A DNA stretch of 64,000 nt from contig CM035354.1 of assembly GCA_020137815.1 (NCBI GenBank), positions 5,208,001 through 5,272,000 on the forward strand, read 5' to 3'. The stretch comes from Hormiphora californensis. Lineage: Eukaryota > Animalia > Ctenophora. The notes beneath the pieces are model-generated. The model searched no databases. It was not told where the DNA came from and saw only the letters and a program-made list of their open reading frames with translations. The position numbers and the translations under genes are program-made. Shown piece after piece: positions 61,601 to 64,000 of this stretch; the first letter of the stretch is position 1; each line of letters opens with the position of its first letter.

Positions 61601-63404
61601 ATGGAGTAAATGGGAGGTAGGGAAGTTGAGAGATGGAGTAAATGGGAGGTAGGGAAGCTGAGGGATGGAGTAAATGGGAGGTAGGGAAGCTGAGAGATGG
61701 AGTAAATGGGAGGTAGGGAAGCTGAGAGATGGAGTAAATGGGTGGTAGGGTAGCTGAGAGATGGAGTGAATGGGAGGTAGGGTAGCTGAGAGATGGAGTA
61801 AATGGGAGGCAGGGATGGAGTAAATGGGAGGTAGGGAAGCTGAGAGATGGAGTAAATGGGAGGTAGGGTAGCTGAGAGATGGAGTAAATGGGAGGAAGGG
61901 AAGCTGAGAGATGGAGTAAATGGAAGGTAAGGTAGCTGTGAGATGGAGTAAATGGGAGGTAGGGAAGCTGAGAGATGGAGTAAATGGGAGGTAGGGTAGC
62001 TGAGAGATGGAGTACTAAATGAGAGGTAGGGAAGCTGAGAGATGGAGTAAATGGGAGGTAGGGAAGCTGAGAGATGGAGTGAATGGGAGGTTGGATAGCT
62101 GAGAGATGGAGTAAATGGGAGGTAGGGAAGCTGAGAGATGGAGTAAATGAGAGGTAGGGAAGCTGAGAGATGGAGTAAATGGGAGGTAGGGTAGCTGAGA
62201 GATGGAGTAAATGGGAGGTAGGGAAGTTGAGAGATGGAGTAAATGGGAGGTAGGGAAGCTGAGGGATGGAGTAAATGGGAGGTAGGGAAGCTGAGAGATG
62301 GAGTAAATGGGAGGTAGGGAAGCTGAGAGATGGATTAAATGGGTGGTAGGGTAGCTGAGAGATGGAGTGAATGGGAGGTAGGGTAGCTGAGAGATGGAGT
62401 AAATGGGAGGCAGGGATGGAGTAAATGGGAGGTAGGGAAGCTGAGAGATGGAGTAAATGGGAGGTAGGGTAGCTGAGAGATGGAGTAAATGGGAGGAAGG
62501 GAAGCTGAGAGATGGAGTAAATGGAAGGTAAGGTAGCTGTGAGATGGAGTAAATGGGAGGTAGGGAAGCTGAGAGATGGAGTAAATGGGAGGTAGGGAAG
62601 CTGAGAGATGGAGTAAATGGGAGGTAGGGTAGCTGAAAGATGGAGTAGATGAGGGGTAGGGTAGCTGAAAGATGGAGTAGATGAGGGGTAGGGTAGCTGA
62701 GAGATCGAGTTGATGAGGGGTAGGATAGCTGAGAGATGGAGTAGATCAAGATCAAGAAATATTTGATTCGGCACCGACCCTCTCTCTACTCCTCGATGTT
62801 TCCCGCCATGTTCTGCAGCTGCTGTGTGAGAGTTGAACGCGAGCGCGTCAATAACATGACACGACATGCAACACGACATGCAACACGACATGCGAGATGC
62901 GAATTTCATTATTTTGAAGTTTTGTGGGGTTGCGATTTTTGTTTTAGGTCGGAGAGTGAAACGGCCGGTACAGTGGTAAACTAGATTAAAAACTGTACGC
63001 CTCATTAGACGGCGATTTTTCCTATCTTGTCTGGTTCCTGAGATATGGCCCCCTAAAGAGTTGGTGTCTCAAACTGCTGAATCGGGGTCACGCGAGGAAA
63101 ATGGGCATCAGTTTGCGTGTACTGCTCCGTTTTTCACGGGACTTGAACGAGGGTGACGGCAAGAGTCTCACCTATTACATGGTATCCTTACATTGTGTAT
63201 TAAATCTAAAATGACTGAGCAGCATGCTTGTTAATGAACCTTGACGTGTTTACTTGTCTCGCAAGCGCGCTCGCGACTAGCAAACACGACATGCAGTTCA
63301 CACCCTGTATATGTCCCACTTTCACACACAATGTCATACATCTCAGTTTCATTGACACAGTTACACACCTTCATTCGGCGTTTCTCAATCCGTGGCTTTG
63401 GCAT
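58699..63404 (-). CDS. pygo: Miniature Pygopus-family PHD finger protein, 104 aa (exons 63404-63369, 59086-58931, 58821-58699)
   Basis: YPCGICDEEVGDDDDGIYCESGCDLWYHRTCTGMTVDAYKLLTTEVDAEWACDNC matches the Pygopus PHD. The first exon MPKPRIEKRRMK (NLS-like) splices in phase 0 but is less certain than the PHD exons. Confidence 0.8.
59290..63307. mobile_element. 4-kb foldback element: about 550-bp unique inverted arms enclosing head-to-head arrays of a 32-bp minisatellite; 5-bp TSD (hAT5-like)
   Basis: tatat-CAGGGTGTGAACTGCATG...CATGCAGTTCACACCCTG-tatat; unit ctccatctctcagcttccctacctcccattta from about 59840-61220, then its reverse complement to about 62745. Confidence 0.9.
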
Positions 63405-63534
63405 TATTTACATTCTACAGTGAGAGAAAGAGAGGTAACAAAACCCATATTAACTATCTCTCTCAAAAGAAAACATTCAAAACAAGATTGGTTTTTTGGG
63501 GGCATAAATAAAAAGATCGAACTGCCGATATAAA

Positions 63535-63912
63535 TTATGAAGAGTAAGGCGTTGTGGGTTCCACTACCAGTCCCTTGATATTAAACTCGTACTCCTTCAA
63601 CATGTTACTGGTATCGGCATCAATCTCCAAATCCTTGACAAGAGCGGACACCTCAGGCACATAGTTGTCCCTCCTCTCTCGCTCCTCCTCTTGGAGCTTG
63701 ATAGAGATACCCCTGACGGGTCCCTTCTGGATCCTCTTCATGAGATGGGTCATGAAGCCGGCAATCTTGTTTCGGAGCCTCTTGCTGGGGATAATGGCAA
63801 TCTCCTCGGCAATCCTTTTGTTAGTGTGGAAGTCAAGGGTCAGGCGGGTGTAGTATTTCTCGATCATTAGCCTACTGGCTCGCTTCACTGTCTTCGTCCT
63901 AACTCGACCCAT
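63535..63912 (-). CDS. RPS17: 40S ribosomal protein S17 (eS17), no intron in the CDS
   Basis: [21 protein letters not shown]...[46 protein letters not shown]; acceptor ctctag five nt before the ATG. Confidence 0.97.
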   Translation of the reverse strand: MGRVRTKTVKRASRLMIEKYYTRLTLDFHTNKRIAEEIAIIPSKRLRNKIAGFMTHLMKRIQKGPVRGISIKLQEEERERRDNYVPEVSALVKDLEIDADTSNMLKEYEFNIKGLVVEPTTPYSS

Positions 63913-64000
63913 GTTGGCTAGAGAGGGATACAAGCACGGGTTAGAGTTTGTAGTAGGCAAAGATGTGATGGGCGAGGAATGTAGGAATAGGGTGTCAATT

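Noticed and set aside
59840-62745. CRISPR-like array of 32-bp repeats
   Set aside because: Units are directly adjacent with no unique spacers, there are no cas genes, and the context is eukaryotic
61233-63005. 590-aa ORF and related ORFs (59592-59972, 60751-61227, 62015-62755)
   Set aside because: Translations of the stop-free strand of the 32-bp minisatellite; the 32-aa periodicity equals three DNA units and the frames are mirrored in the inverted arms

Overview
Eukaryotic (animal) genomic DNA, most likely a ctenophore of the Pleurobrachia/Hormiphora type. This is inferred from short introns, antisense nested intronic genes, abundant (AG)n tracts, a ctenophore-type secreted domain and a ctenophore-like spliced-leader (SL) sequence. 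Host genes: a coiled-coil gene with a nested secreted-protein gene, a low-complexity nuclear protein with an ASH1L-like motif, a frameshifted SLC35G/EamA transporter, an SLC24/NCKX exchanger with a nested antisense class A GPCR, STOML2, GALNS, a miniature Pygopus and RPS17. Mobile DNA: an intact-ORF Penelope element with hammerhead ribozymes in both pseudo-LTRs, a full-length two-ORF LINE, a CR1 3' fragment, Helitron/Helentron-like pieces and many foldback MITEs. Most striking: the LINE's TSD-defined 5' end is a 37-nt SL-like exon ending in AG, only 23 nt before the ORF1 ATG. This suggests a promoterless retrotransposon whose 5' end is made by host SL trans-splicing. It is inserted at the apex of a hairpin inside a tiny (60-80 bp) TTG...CAA element with 8-bp TSDs that recurs three times in the window. 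Also notable: intronic foldback elements whose removal leaves normal-sized introns, and a possible RPS17-Pygopus operon. All coordinates were read by eye and no searches were run.
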